A stretch of 64,000 nt of DNA from Candidatus Latescibacterota bacterium (GCA_965219995.1 CBDCOX010000002.1:4640001-4704000); one strand, 5' to 3'; shown: positions 11,252-21,617, numbered from the stretch's first letter. Notes: generated by a model not told the origin, from the sequence alone. Made by a program: numbers and translations.

Positions 11252-11443
11252 AAGGCAACCGGAAGCAGCAAGAGCAGCCATCAGCTCTCAGCCGTCAGCC
11301 TGAATCAAAGACCCAATCGGTTGACGTCGGCGTCGTGAAGAGGCAGCGCCGGAAAAGGCCCGGCGACACGGGATGATTCGACGGATGAATGGTGACCTGT
11401 AACCGGCACCGAACACAAGAACGGATGGAACCGTGAGTCGTCG

Positions 11444-12205
11444 TCACTTGACCGTCCGCCCGATACGGCTCCATCGTGCGCGCCCGAACCCGTGTATCAG
11501 GTTGTATAAGGCCATTTTGGGAATGGAAAGGATGTTCTCGAACTTCGGCGCCTCGGGATCAGGCGCCCACGACCAGTAGATGATGTTCGCTTGCGCCCGG
11601 ATCCGCTCTTTCTCCAGAAAGCTCCAGTACCGGCTGTCCTCGCTGTTGTCCCGGTTGTCTCCCATCACGAAATAATGCCCCTCGGGGACTCTCCTGAGGC
11701 GCATGTTGTCGCGAACGCCGCCGGGGGACGAAACGGGCAGGATGACGGGATCCACGTATTTGGACAGCGGCGGATCGATCGTGCGCTTTCCGTCCACGTA
11801 GAGGATCTTGTCGCGGATTTCGACCTCCTGGCCGGGCACGGCCACCACACGTTTGATAAAGTCCCTGGCCGGGTTTCTCGGGTACTCGAAAATGATGATA
11901 TCCCCGGGTTCGGGATCTCTGAATCCTGGTAGCCGTGCCTCCGTAAACGGAATTCTGGCGCCGTAGACGATTTTGTTCGCCAGAAGAAAGTCGCCCACCA
12001 GAAGCGTGTTTTCCATGGAGCCCGTGGGAATGCTGAAGGCCTGAATCACAAAGGTTCTCAGAAAGAGCGCCAGGGCAACGGCCACCAGAATGGCTTCGAG
12101 GTATTCTCTGGCCACGGATTTCTTTCCTCGGCGCGTTCTTCCTTTACGCGCCTTCCGGGTCGGGGCCTTTTTTGCAGCCCGCGTGCGTCGTGCGGATTTG
12201 CCCAT
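11444..12205 (-). CDS. lepB: Signal peptidase I
   Basis: IPTGSMENTLLVGD (Ser), FIKRVVA (Lys), MGDNRDNSEDSRYW; follows lepA. Confidence 0.96.
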   Translation of the reverse strand: MGKSARRTRAAKKAPTRKARKGRTRRGKKSVAREYLEAILVAVALALFLRTFVIQAFSIPTGSMENTLLVGDFLLANKIVYGARIPFTEARLPGFRDPEPGDIIIFEYPRNPARDFIKRVVAVPGQEVEIRDKILYVDGKRTIDPPLSKYVDPVILPVSSPGGVRDNMRLRRVPEGHYFVMGDNRDNSEDSRYWSFLEKERIRAQANIIYWSWAPDPEAPKFENILSIPKMALYNLIHGFGRARWSRIGRTVK

Positions 12206-12238
12206 TTTTCCGGTATCGTCGCTCGGCTGATGTACGCT

Positions 12239-14038
12239 TTACATTTCCATGCGAAGGACGGCGAGGAATGCTTCCTGGGGGATTTCAATGTTTCCCACCT
12301 GCTTCATCCTTCGTTTCCCTTCTCTCTGTCTTTCCAGGAGTTTTCGCTTTCTGGTCACGTCGCCGCCGTAACACTTGGCGGTGACGTTCTTGCGGAACGG
12401 ACGTACCGACGTCCTGGAGATGACTTTCCTGCCGATGGCGGCCTGGATGACGACCTCGAACATCTGTCTCGGGATAAGTTCCTTGAGTCTGGAGCAGATC
12501 GCCCTTCCCCAGTCGTAAGCCTTGTCCCGATGGACAACGGCGGACAGAGCGTCCACGGGGTCTTCGTTGATGAGGAGGTCCAGCTTGACCAGGTCGGCGG
12601 ACCGGTGCTCCCTGTACTCGTAATCGAACGATGCATACCCTCGCGTAACGGATTTCAGGCGGTCATAGAAGTCGAGTACGATTTCGGACAGGGGAAGTTC
12701 GTAACGCAGCAGGGCGCGCGCCGGATCCACGAATTCCGTGGTAATATAGATTCCGCGGCGGTCCTGGGCAACCTGCATGGCCGCGCCGATGTATTCGGAA
12801 GGTACCAGAATCTGGGCGTTGAGGACGGGTTCCGCGATTTCGTCGATCTGAACGGCGGCAGGCATCTCGGCGGGGTTGTGCACGATTTCGACGTCCCCGT
12901 TCGTGAGCAGAACCTCGTATTCCACGTTGGGCACGGTGGTAATGATTTCCATGTCGAATTCGCGGGCGAGACGTTCCTGCACGATCTCCATATGAAGCAG
13001 GCCCAGGAAGCCGCATCGAAAGCCGAATCCCAGGGCCGTCGACGTCTCCGGCTCGAAACGAAGCGACGCGTCGTTCAGGCGCAGTTTCTCCAGGGCGGTC
13101 CGGAGGTCGGTGTAGTCCTCCGCGTCGACGGGGTAGACGCCGGAAAATACCATGGGTTTGACTTCCTGGTACCCGGGCAGCGGTTTGCCGGCCGGCTGGC
13201 TGGACCCGGTAACGGTGTCGCCCATGTGGAGCTCTTCGAGGTCCTTCACGCCAGCGATGAGATAGCCGACTTCTCCGGCCTGCAGCGTGCGCGTCTTGAT
13301 GCGTTTCAGTTTGAGGACGCCGATTTCTTCGGCCTCGAACTGGCGACCGGTTGAGAAAAAGCGGATGGGCATGTCGGTCCGGAGGCTTCCCTGGAAGACC
13401 CGGATGGAGGCGACGGCGCCCCGGTACCGGTCGAAGATGGAGTCGAAGATCAGGGCCTGGAGGGCCGCGTCGGGATCGCCCTTTGGCGGCGGAATCCGTT
13501 CGATGATCGCCTGCAGCAGGGCTTCGACGCCCACACCCTGTTTGGCGCTGATTTTATGGATATCGGATTCCTCGACACCCAGAAGATCGTGGATCTGCAG
13601 GACCACCCGGTCCACGTCGACGTTGGGCAGATCGATCTTGTTGATGACCGGGATAATCTCGAGGTCCTGGTCCAGCGCGAGGAGCACGTTGCTGATCGTC
13701 TGCGCCTCCACGCCCTGCGCGGCGTCGACCAGGATAAGGGCGCCTTCACAGGCGGCCAGGCTTCTCGATACCTCGTACGAAAAGTCGACGTGTCCCGGCG
13801 TGTCGATGAGGTTGAGGATATACTGCTGACCGTTTGAAGACCGGTAGTCCATCCGTACGGCGTGGGACTTGATGGTGATGCCGCGCTCCCGTTCCAGGTC
13901 CATATCGTCCAGGACCTGGTCCATCATCTCGTTTCGCGACAGCGTCGAAGTCGTTTCCAGGAGGCGGTCCGCCAGGGTCGATTTGCCGTGGTCGATGTGG
14001 GCGATGATGCAGAAGTTTCGGATGTTCCGGGTATTCAT
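12239..14038 (-). CDS. lepA: Elongation factor 4 (LepA)
   Basis: IRNFCIIAHIDHGKSTLADR, GFRCGFLGLLHMEI, KNVTAKCYGGDVTRKRKLLE. Confidence 0.98.
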   Translation of the reverse strand: MNTRNIRNFCIIAHIDHGKSTLADRLLETTSTLSRNEMMDQVLDDMDLERERGITIKSHAVRMDYRSSNGQQYILNLIDTPGHVDFSYEVSRSLAACEGALILVDAAQGVEAQTISNVLLALDQDLEIIPVINKIDLPNVDVDRVVLQIHDLLGVEESDIHKISAKQGVGVEALLQAIIERIPPPKGDPDAALQALIFDSIFDRYRGAVASIRVFQGSLRTDMPIRFFSTGRQFEAEEIGVLKLKRIKTRTLQAGEVGYLIAGVKDLEELHMGDTVTGSSQPAGKPLPGYQEVKPMVFSGVYPVDAEDYTDLRTALEKLRLNDASLRFEPETSTALGFGFRCGFLGLLHMEIVQERLAREFDMEIITTVPNVEYEVLLTNGDVEIVHNPAEMPAAVQIDEIAEPVLNAQILVPSEYIGAAMQVAQDRRGIYITTEFVDPARALLRYELPLSEIVLDFYDRLKSVTRGYASFDYEYREHRSADLVKLDLLINEDPVDALSAVVHRDKAYDWGRAICSRLKELIPRQMFEVVIQAAIGRKVISRTSVRPFRKNVTAKCYGGDVTRKRKLLERQREGKRRMKQVGNIEIPQEAFLAVLRMEM

Positions 14039-14110
14039 CGTCCGGGCGCTCTCCAATTGGTGGCAACTTCAAAAAATTCAACCGTCTACACGTTGTATAT
14101 TGAAGGTTAG

Positions 14111-14139
14111 AATATACTCTGTTCGAGGTTTGAAGTCAA
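14111..14139 (-). promoter_or_regulatory. Putative sigma70 promoter of the lepA operon
   Basis: Minus strand TTGACT-17 nt-TATATT about 70 nt upstream of lepA. Confidence 0.6.
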
Positions 14140-14163
14140 CCGCGTAACCCGAATCGCCCCGGC

Positions 14164-14206
14164 GCCCTGAGCCGCTCCCTGAGCTTGTCGAAGGGTCGGC
14201 GAAGGA
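14164..14206 (+). repeat. Two-layer nested REP-like element (CCCTGAGC...CGAAGG)
   Basis: GCCCTGAGCCGCTCCCTGAGCTTGTCGAAGGGTCGGCGAAGG; related copies at about 16948, 17401 and 61444 (reverse). Confidence 0.75.
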
Positions 14207-14319
14207 CGTTGGGGGCTTCTGGGGTCTAAAGAGTTTGACATGGCGGGAAATCCGTCGGTATATTTCGAGAACAACCCGTCGGTTTCGTGCATGGTCCTGA
14301 AGTTGGGAGATCCGGCATC

Positions 14320-15531
14320 ATGGAAAGGCTTCGGATTGCGGTGATCGGTGTGGGCGCGGATCCGGGTTCCAGGTCACGGCAGTATCTCGATACAATCGTC
14401 CGGTTGACGGACCATTACGAACTCATCGGGATCTGCGACCACGACGCACGCGCCCTGGCCCAGGCACCCTCGGGCCCCTCAACGGCCCGCTTCCGGGATA
14501 TCCGGTCGCTCTTTGCCTCGTCCCGGCCCGACGTGGTGCTGAGTATGACGCCCAAGGACTCCCACGTCGTGATCGCGATGACGGCCGCGCGGCATGGGGC
14601 CCATGTCATCACGGAGATTCCCGTGGGGCTCACCCGGCGCTACGCGAGGGCCGTTGCGAGGACGTGCGAGGAACACGACGTGCTGTGGGAGGTAGCGGAG
14701 CAGGTGTGGCTGTGGCCGCGGGAGCGGCTTAAGAGGAGAATTATCGAGGCCGGCCTGCTGGGCGACCTGACGCATTCGCGATTGTGGTACCTGACGGGTC
14801 AATACCACGGATTCAACGGCGTCCGTTCCCTGCTGGGCGAAGAGGCGAAACGCGTGCTGGGCTATTGCGGGGAAGTACCCGCCCTGCCGTACGAGGCCTA
14901 TGGCGGAGAGCCTGAGACCACTGTGAGGTGGGACCACGCGGTGGTGGAATTCGAGAGCGGCATCGCGTGTCTGTTCGAAAAACCGCCGCGCGCCTTTCCC
15001 TCCGCTGCGCAGGGGTTCCCCACCGGCTGGCACGTGGAAGGGACCAGGGGATACATGGACCAGAATCGCCTCGTCCTGTACGGAGACGATGCGTCCCGGG
15101 CGTACGATCTGCAGGAGCGTTACGAGGAAGTCGACGGACAGCAGGTACTGGACGCGGCGCACGTGGATACGGACCCGCCGGTAATCTGGGAAAATCCGTA
15201 CGGAAAGTGGCGGATCGGGTCGGCCGACGACGTCGCCAAGGCGAACATCCTCGTCAGTTTTCACCAGGCGATAACCGAAGGCGGCCGGCCGCAGTACGGA
15301 CATGAAAATGGGTTGAAAGACTGGGAGATCTGCCTGGCGGTGAGGGAGAGTTCCGATCGCGGGAATACCTGGGTCGATTTGCCCCTGGGCGCACCGACGG
15401 AATTGGAGAGCAGGATCGAGGCGGAATTCGTGCGGCGCTACGGCCACGACCCGATTGAAGCGCCTGAAAAACTGTTGGACGCGAATTTCACCCGATCGGC
15501 AACCCTGTGGCCCTTCGCGCACTGGCTGTGA
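14320..15531 (+). CDS. Gfo/Idh/MocA family oxidoreductase
   Basis: LRIAVIGVG Rossmann start; H....AARHGAHVITEIP (EKP-like); TTGACA-18-TATATT upstream at 14235-14264. Confidence 0.8.
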   Translation: MERLRIAVIGVGADPGSRSRQYLDTIVRLTDHYELIGICDHDARALAQAPSGPSTARFRDIRSLFASSRPDVVLSMTPKDSHVVIAMTAARHGAHVITEIPVGLTRRYARAVARTCEEHDVLWEVAEQVWLWPRERLKRRIIEAGLLGDLTHSRLWYLTGQYHGFNGVRSLLGEEAKRVLGYCGEVPALPYEAYGGEPETTVRWDHAVVEFESGIACLFEKPPRAFPSAAQGFPTGWHVEGTRGYMDQNRLVLYGDDASRAYDLQERYEEVDGQQVLDAAHVDTDPPVIWENPYGKWRIGSADDVAKANILVSFHQAITEGGRPQYGHENGLKDWEICLAVRESSDRGNTWVDLPLGAPTELESRIEAEFVRRYGHDPIEAPEKLLDANFTRSATLWPFAHWL

Positions 15532-15627
15532 GAAGAGGGAACGGATGACAGCAACCTCGGGCAACCAGCCCGATCTGCCGACCATGCCGCCGGCCGTTGA
15601 AACTCTGAATCTGGAGAGGACCTGTGC

Positions 15628-16737
15628 GTGAAAATTGACTCCGCGGAAATCAGATACGTGGAACTGCCGCTGATTTCGCCCTGGCGGACCGCTTACGGCG
15701 AGGATGCGTCAATCCATTCCGTGATGGTCAAACTAGGCGGCGGGGGGACGGAGGCCTGGGGCGAGGCGGCGCCGTTCTACGCCCCGACCTATTCGCCCGA
15801 ATCCGCGCGGTCCGTTTATGAGACGGCCCGTGAGTTTTTCCTGCCGCGGATCGTCGGCCATACGCTGGACTCGGCCGATGAAGTCATGGATCGGATGTCG
15901 ATCTTCAAAGGGAATCCGTTCTCCAAAGCAGCCGTGGAAACGGCGTGGTGGGCGCTGGACAGCAAGCTGAACGGCATCCCGCTCTGGCGCGCGCTGGGAG
16001 CTGACGAACCGGTCGTGCGATGCGGCGCCGATTTCGGGGTCCAGGATACGATCGACGAGCTTCTCGCGCTGATTCAGGGTGCGGTGGACGCGGGTTTCCC
16101 GCGGATCAAGCTGAAGGTCAAGCACGGATGGGATATCGAGATGCTGGACGCCGTCAGGTCGGCATTCCCCGATCCGGTGATTCACGTGGACTGTAACTCC
16201 GGCTACAACCTGAAAGCGGATTTTGACACGCTAAAGGCATTCGACCGGTTCAGCCTGGCCATGATCGAACAGCCGCTGGACCATACCGACCTCATCGAGC
16301 ACGCCGAGTTGCAGCGTCGGATCGGGACGCCGGTGTGCCTGGACGAATCCGTGACGCGGCCGCGGGATTTCGAACTTGCGCTGAAGATCGACGCCTGCCG
16401 CGTGATCAACGTGAAGCCGGGGCGCGTGGGCGGGCTGCGCAACGCGGTGCGGATTCACGATATGGCGCGGGACGCGGGGATGGCGGCCTGGGTGGGCGGC
16501 ATGCTCGAGAGCGGGGTGGGCGCCGGGATCTGCGCCGCGCTGGGGACGCTGCCGGGATTCACCTATCCGGCGGACGTGTTTCCGTCTTCCAAATTCTACA
16601 CTGAGGATATCACGGGCCGATGGATCGAACAGGATGAGAATTGCAACGTCGTGCTGGACGACACGCCTGGAGTGGGTTTCGATCCCGTGCCTGAAAGGCT
16701 GGATGCCGTGACGTCAATGTGCGAGGTGATTGACTGA
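15628..16737 (+). CDS. menC: o-succinylbenzoate synthase / N-acylamino acid racemase (enolase superfamily)
   Basis: RIKLKV, VDCN, IEQPL, CLDES, INVKPGRVGG, WVGGMLESGVG; no men operon nearby, so may act as a racemase. Confidence 0.8.
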   Translation: MKIDSAEIRYVELPLISPWRTAYGEDASIHSVMVKLGGGGTEAWGEAAPFYAPTYSPESARSVYETAREFFLPRIVGHTLDSADEVMDRMSIFKGNPFSKAAVETAWWALDSKLNGIPLWRALGADEPVVRCGADFGVQDTIDELLALIQGAVDAGFPRIKLKVKHGWDIEMLDAVRSAFPDPVIHVDCNSGYNLKADFDTLKAFDRFSLAMIEQPLDHTDLIEHAELQRRIGTPVCLDESVTRPRDFELALKIDACRVINVKPGRVGGLRNAVRIHDMARDAGMAAWVGGMLESGVGAGICAALGTLPGFTYPADVFPSSKFYTEDITGRWIEQDENCNVVLDDTPGVGFDPVPERLDAVTSMCEVID

Positions 16738-16748
16738 GGAGATTCAAT

Positions 16749-17627
16749 GGAAGTGATCTCCCGTCGCTGATGCCAATAGGCGACGGGTTTTTGTGTGAGG
16801 GTGGGGCAGACATTCCTGTCTGCCCACGTGCGATAAAACTGTCATCCTGAGGAAGCGCCCGGCCTGCCAGAGAATCATTGGCAGGCCGGCTGACGAAGGA
16901 TCTACTGCAGCATCGGATTTTATGCTCGGATGTCGGTCACTGACCGCGCCCTGAGCCGCTCCCTGAGCATGCGGTGCCCTGAGCTTGTCGAAGGGTCGAA
17001 GGGTCGGCGAAGGGATTGCGAATCGTTTACGGGCTGCCTGAACGCGGGCATTTCGACAAGCTCAATGACCACGCATTAATAGGCGATCTTCGAATTCGCT
17101 CAGAATGACAGTTTGGCCGATCATTACCGTCGCGGAAGGCCGGGCGCCCACAAGGTACGCCCATACAAAGGCCAGGGGGGTTGAACGTCAAATCTCTTGG
17201 AAGTGATTCCCTCGTCGTTGGCTGAGCATGCGACCGGGTTTTTTGTATGAGGGTGGGGCAGACATTCCTGTCTGCCGACGTGTTCTGAACCTGTCATCCT
17301 GAGGAAGGCGCCCGGCCTGCCGGAGATTCATTGGCAGGCCGGCTGACGAAGGATCTACTGCAGCATCGGATTTTATGCTCGGATGTCGGTCACTGACCGC
17401 GCCCTGAGCCGCTCCCTGAGCATGCGGTGCCCTGAGCTTGTCGAAGGGTCGAAGGGTCGGCGAAGGGATTGCGAATCGTTTACGGGCTGCCTGAACGCGG
17501 GCATTTCGACAAGCTCAATGACCACGCATTAGTAGGCGATCTTCGCTGCGCTCAGAATGGCATGTTTTGCAATGGCAATATGCGAAATGTCTCGGTCATA
17601 CGTTTGCCGGGACTGTCATCCTGAGGA
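16749..17627. repeat. ~450-bp tandem duplication of a composite nested REP/MITE-like element
   Basis: Copies at about 16749-17111 and 17199-17563 with about 200 bp identical core; outer inverted ends CTGTCATCCTGAG...CTCAGAATGACAG; the start of a third unit at 17613-17627. Confidence 0.9.
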
Positions 17628-18977
17628 TCAGGCGAACAGCTGTGCCAGCAGGTCGCTCGCGAGGGTCTCCATGGCAGGCGCGGTGCCGACGCCGCCCAGG
17701 GAGGAGTTGGCCGCCCAGGTCTCATATCCGCCTTCTTCGGTAAGGGCTTTGTCGGTGCAGATATAGCCGATGTAACCATTGGCGAGGCTCACGATGAAGA
17801 CAGGGCCGGCGGATGCTTGCGACTTGATGTTCAAACCTGATTCGACGAACACCTCTCCCGGCAGGGCCGCGATGGCGGCGTTGCCGAGTCTGAAGGTCTG
17901 TACGATGGCGTTCATTCTGGACGGGAGTTTCGCGAGGCGTTGACATTCCAGGGCGTAGATATCGACGATCGACCGGGGGATGGGTTGACCCACGACCCAA
18001 CTGAAGGGGCCGTCATCGTATCGGGGTGGATTGTCCGGCGACGCGAGGATTCTATCGGCCATCTCCAGGTCTTCGGGTGTGATCGTCCTGGGCGCGAAAT
18101 CGAACGTACCGGTCGCGGACGCAAGATCAAGGGTATCCTGCATCTCCATAAGCTGGATTTCCGTGAGCATGTGGCCGGCAAGAACGTTGGCCATTTTTTT
18201 CGCATGGACGTGGCCCCGGTCTTTCCATCTGCGGCGCCCGCTGAAGTCGATATTATTGATCTGGCCGGACGCGGCGTTCCAGAGCAGCGGGACGCACTCC
18301 CCGCCCAGGTAACCCTGCATCTGCCGGAAGAAGTGCCCGAAATAATCCGCCGAAATGCCGCCGCCGGCGCCGATATAGTGGAGCGAGTAACAGGCAACCG
18401 CCGAGACCGGGTTGCCATCCAGGTCTTCCACGTAGAACATCGCGAGTTCGGGATCGGTGGGGCCGGAAGGTTCGATCAGATTCGGATCGGCCACGCCCGG
18501 ATTCATCCGTACGGTTCCGTCCTTCATCCGCCAGCGGCGATTGAATGCGATACGGTCTTCCTCCACGCTGGCAAAGCCGATTCGCGCGGGGCGCAGGCGG
18601 CGGCACGCCAGTTCGGCGGCGTCGGCGATCTTGAGGTGGAGCCATTCGATATAGTCTGAGTCGCCGTCCGTACCCAGCAGATCGGCGATGCCGCCCCCGC
18701 TGTGCGTATGGGTCGCGTTGATCATCGTGTGATCGACGGGGATGCCGCACCTCTTCGCAACGCGCTGCCTGGCGGGTTCCGCGATGTTCTGCGGCATAGC
18801 GATGAGATCGCAGGTGATGAAGGCCAGGCGGGTGCGGCCGTTGTCCAGCACGAGGGCCTTCGCCAGGAGTTCGTCGTGCACGTCTTCGGCGTACCCTGCC
18901 CGATGCCCGCCCGGAATGGTCACGCCCAGCCATGGGGTGATGTTGGCCGTGGCGGCGCCTGCCTGTAGAGTGCCCAT
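17628..18977 (-). CDS. Neutral/alkaline ceramidase-like hydrolase
   Basis: LQAGAATANITP, HDELLAKALVL, NATHTHSG, GPTDPE, SADYFG, LPGEVF, LANGYIGY, GGYE. Confidence 0.8.
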   Translation of the reverse strand: MGTLQAGAATANITPWLGVTIPGGHRAGYAEDVHDELLAKALVLDNGRTRLAFITCDLIAMPQNIAEPARQRVAKRCGIPVDHTMINATHTHSGGGIADLLGTDGDSDYIEWLHLKIADAAELACRRLRPARIGFASVEEDRIAFNRRWRMKDGTVRMNPGVADPNLIEPSGPTDPELAMFYVEDLDGNPVSAVACYSLHYIGAGGGISADYFGHFFRQMQGYLGGECVPLLWNAASGQINNIDFSGRRRWKDRGHVHAKKMANVLAGHMLTEIQLMEMQDTLDLASATGTFDFAPRTITPEDLEMADRILASPDNPPRYDDGPFSWVVGQPIPRSIVDIYALECQRLAKLPSRMNAIVQTFRLGNAAIAALPGEVFVESGLNIKSQASAGPVFIVSLANGYIGYICTDKALTEEGGYETWAANSSLGGVGTAPAMETLASDLLAQLFA

Positions 18978-19001
18978 AGCAGATCTCCTCAAATGACGGA
19001 G

Positions 19002-20003
19002 CTATTCGATTCTCAGAAACTCGCCGCCCCTGCGAGCGGATGCTTCCGCCATGATGCATGCTTTGGCGACAGCCAGTACGTCCGAGGTCGATATGAAATT
19101 CTCTTCGTCACTGGAGAATGCGTTCACCATGCGCTCCACAAAGCCGGTGTTGCGCTCAGGCGGGAATTCGGGTTCGTAAGCGCCCTTGCCGTCGGCGACG
19201 ATCAACAGGCTGTCCGACGCGTAGGCCCGGAGGTGGGCCGAACCCTTTGTGCCCATGATGATGAAGCGCGTGTCGCCGAAGGACGGGGAGTCAACGGGCG
19301 TCAGCCAATCCGCCGTGAGCAGCGCGCACGCTCCCGTGCTCATCTGAAACGATGCCTGAACGTGGTCCATCTCCAGCCTTTGGGGCCCGTGTGTGTGTTT
19401 CTTGCATGTGCCGATGGCGTGGACGCCCACGCATTCCGCGCCCGTGAGCCATCGGACCTGGTCCACGCCGTGGCACGCGACGTCGCTGAACGTGCCCGTA
19501 TAGATTTCGGGATCGAAATACCAGTCGGGCGCCCAGTCGCCCAGTTTGTGGGGATGGGTGGAAATCAGGCTGACGATTTCCCCGAGTTCTCCCGCCAGAA
19601 CGGCTTCCCTCAGTGCAATGAAGGGCGGGTAACTGCGAGAGGTGTAGAACATTGTCAGGCGGACGTTGTGGCTCCGGACCGCGGTCCGGATGCGGTTCCA
19701 GTCCTCCAGGGACCGGCACAGCGGCTTGTCCAGAAAGACGTGTGCGCCGGCCGCGGCGCAGGTTTCGACCATGTCCACCTTTTCGTGATGGCCCACGCCC
19801 TCCATGACGACCTCGGCCCGGGTTGCGTCCAGCATATCCTGGAGGGTGGGAAAACGGGGGATCTCGTTATTACGTGTGTATTGTTCGTACAGGGCGTCGT
19901 CCGGCTCCACGATGCCAACCAGTTCCGCATTGGGGGCGTTGACGGCCGACCGGAACATGCCCCCGATGTGTCCGTAGTGCAGGCCCATGACTGCGATTTT
20001 CAT
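19002..20003 (-). CDS. Gfo/Idh/MocA family oxidoreductase
   Basis: MKIAVMGLHYGH, GAHVFLDKPL, GTFSDVACHGVD, GTKG. Confidence 0.85.
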   Translation of the reverse strand: MKIAVMGLHYGHIGGMFRSAVNAPNAELVGIVEPDDALYEQYTRNNEIPRFPTLQDMLDATRAEVVMEGVGHHEKVDMVETCAAAGAHVFLDKPLCRSLEDWNRIRTAVRSHNVRLTMFYTSRSYPPFIALREAVLAGELGEIVSLISTHPHKLGDWAPDWYFDPEIYTGTFSDVACHGVDQVRWLTGAECVGVHAIGTCKKHTHGPQRLEMDHVQASFQMSTGACALLTADWLTPVDSPSFGDTRFIIMGTKGSAHLRAYASDSLLIVADGKGAYEPEFPPERNTGFVERMVNAFSSDEENFISTSDVLAVAKACIMAEASARRGGEFLRIE

Positions 20004-20024
20004 AAGTACGGCTCCCGATTGCAC

Positions 20025-21143
20025 CTACCCGGCATACCGCTCGACCCTTTCTCGGTCCAGTTCGACTCCCAGGCCCGGTGTTGTGGGTATGGTGAGCAGG
20101 CCGTCGTCGTCGAGCCGGAAGGGTTCGGTCAGGATATCTTCGATGTACGGCGACGGCGTGATGTATTCCACCCAGCGCGCCGTGGGGTGGGCTGCGGCGA
20201 GATGGAGATCGGCGGCCAGGCCGACTGCGGTATTCCATCCGTGGGTGACCAGAAGGACATTGTGGTTGCAGGCATGCCAGAGGATGCGCCGGGTCTCCGA
20301 CAGGCCGCCGACTTTGGTGGCATCCGGCTGTACGATGTCGAAAGCGCCGCGCGCGATCCAGGGCAGGAAGCTCTGCCGGCGGGTCAGGACTTCACCTCCT
20401 GCGATCGGTACCGGCGCGTTTCGACGGAGGGCGATGAATCCTTCCATATCGTCCGGAGGCAGGGCCTCCTCGAACCAGACCACGTCGTAGTCCGCGAGCA
20501 TCCGGGCCGATTCGAGCGCCCACTTGTACCCGTGCGGCCAGAACTGATCGCTCCCGCCGGCGTCAACCATCAGTTCGACGTCCGGGCCCACCGTCTCGCG
20601 GGCGAGTCTGACGAGCCGCTCGTCGGTTCGCTTGTCCACGCGACCAAACGGACCCCACCCGAGTTTGAGGGCGCGGAAGCCGCGGGAAACGGCCGACTCC
20701 AGGGTCTGCCGGAAATCGTCCTCGCCAGCCTCGAAGAGGAGAGAGCCGTAGGGTTTGATCCTGCGCCGGTAATAGCCGCCCAGGAGGCGGCCCACGGGTT
20801 GCCCGCTGGCCTTGCCCAGAAGGTCCCACAGCGCGATGTCGATTCCCGATACGGCATGCGTGACCGAGCCGCCCCGGCCCTGCCAGAATGTCGATTGGTG
20901 GAGTTTTTCGGAGACCCGTTCCGGTTCGATGGCCGATTCGCCGATAAAGTGTGGCTTGAGAAGGTCAAGCGCGGCGTCGACCAGGGCCTTGCTCGTGGCG
21001 ACGCTACCAAGCCCGGTGAGACCGCTGTCGGTATGCACTTCCACAAGGGTGTGCAGGTTTTCCGCCGGCGGGGTTTCGGCCGTCCAGCCCGACTTGGGCG
21101 TTGCGCCCTGGAGAGCGATTGTCTGAATGCCGGTGATTTTCAT
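20025..21143 (-). CDS. Mandelate racemase/muconate lactonizing enzyme family (acid-sugar dehydratase-like)
   Basis: SGIDIALWDLLGK, LMVDAG, WFEE, IAGGE, DIVQPD, THGW. Confidence 0.88.
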   Translation of the reverse strand: MKITGIQTIALQGATPKSGWTAETPPAENLHTLVEVHTDSGLTGLGSVATSKALVDAALDLLKPHFIGESAIEPERVSEKLHQSTFWQGRGGSVTHAVSGIDIALWDLLGKASGQPVGRLLGGYYRRRIKPYGSLLFEAGEDDFRQTLESAVSRGFRALKLGWGPFGRVDKRTDERLVRLARETVGPDVELMVDAGGSDQFWPHGYKWALESARMLADYDVVWFEEALPPDDMEGFIALRRNAPVPIAGGEVLTRRQSFLPWIARGAFDIVQPDATKVGGLSETRRILWHACNHNVLLVTHGWNTAVGLAADLHLAAAHPTARWVEYITPSPYIEDILTEPFRLDDDGLLTIPTTPGLGVELDRERVERYAG

Positions 21144-21493
21144 ATTTTCCGATCAGTGAGGAAAGAAGCCGGGAGCGTCGCGACGTCCGGGTCCGGGTCG
21201 TGAACGTCAAAGAAGCGTTTGAGCCTGCGCTCGTGATCACGCGAATGCATGTTGAATGTTCCAATATATGGAATCCGTTCGCACGCTTCAACAGGTATTC
21301 GCGAATTGCCGGCGCAACCGGCGTGGCAGCGATCTGCCATTTTGGCAGTTTGCGGACTTTCGGTTGCCCCGATTTGGAGTGCTACGAATTTCCTGAGCGA
21401 GACATAATCCGTAAATATATATATTACAATAATTTATTGACATAGTGCTTTTTCGGGCACAATAGTTGCAGGTGTTCAGTCTCTGCGAGGGAG

Positions 21494-21535
21494 ACCCTCA
21501 CCCCCCAACCCCCTCTCCCAAGGGGAGAGGGGGAG
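21494..21535. repeat. CCCCTCTCCC...GGGAGAGGGG palindromic REP-like repeat
   Basis: CCCTCACCCCCCAACCCCCTCTCCCAAGGGGAGAGGGGGAG; reverse-orientation copy at about 28564-28603. Confidence 0.75.
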
Positions 21536-21617
21536 CAGACAGCTTGAGGCAAAACCGGGACACCGCGAGGGGATCACAGTTTCCCTTTCCGTCAGGAAGA
21601 GGGTAGGTCTCGTAAAA

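Noticed and set aside
16749-17627. Possible CRISPR array (also considered for the heptamer elements)
   Set aside because: No regular repeat/unique-spacer periodicity, spacers are homologous between loci, and no cas genes are present
18993-21203. 736-aa plus-strand ORF and similar long antisense ORFs (5768-7261, 7654-9111, 26642-28531, 62473-63759)
   Set aside because: Shadow ORFs opposite well-supported genes in high-GC DNA, with no recognisable motifs
21144-21490. AT-rich patch and short ORFs between the racemase gene and lon as possible sRNA or riboswitch
   Set aside because: No recognisable riboswitch or tRNA motif; most simply a divergent promoter region (TTGACA at 21437)
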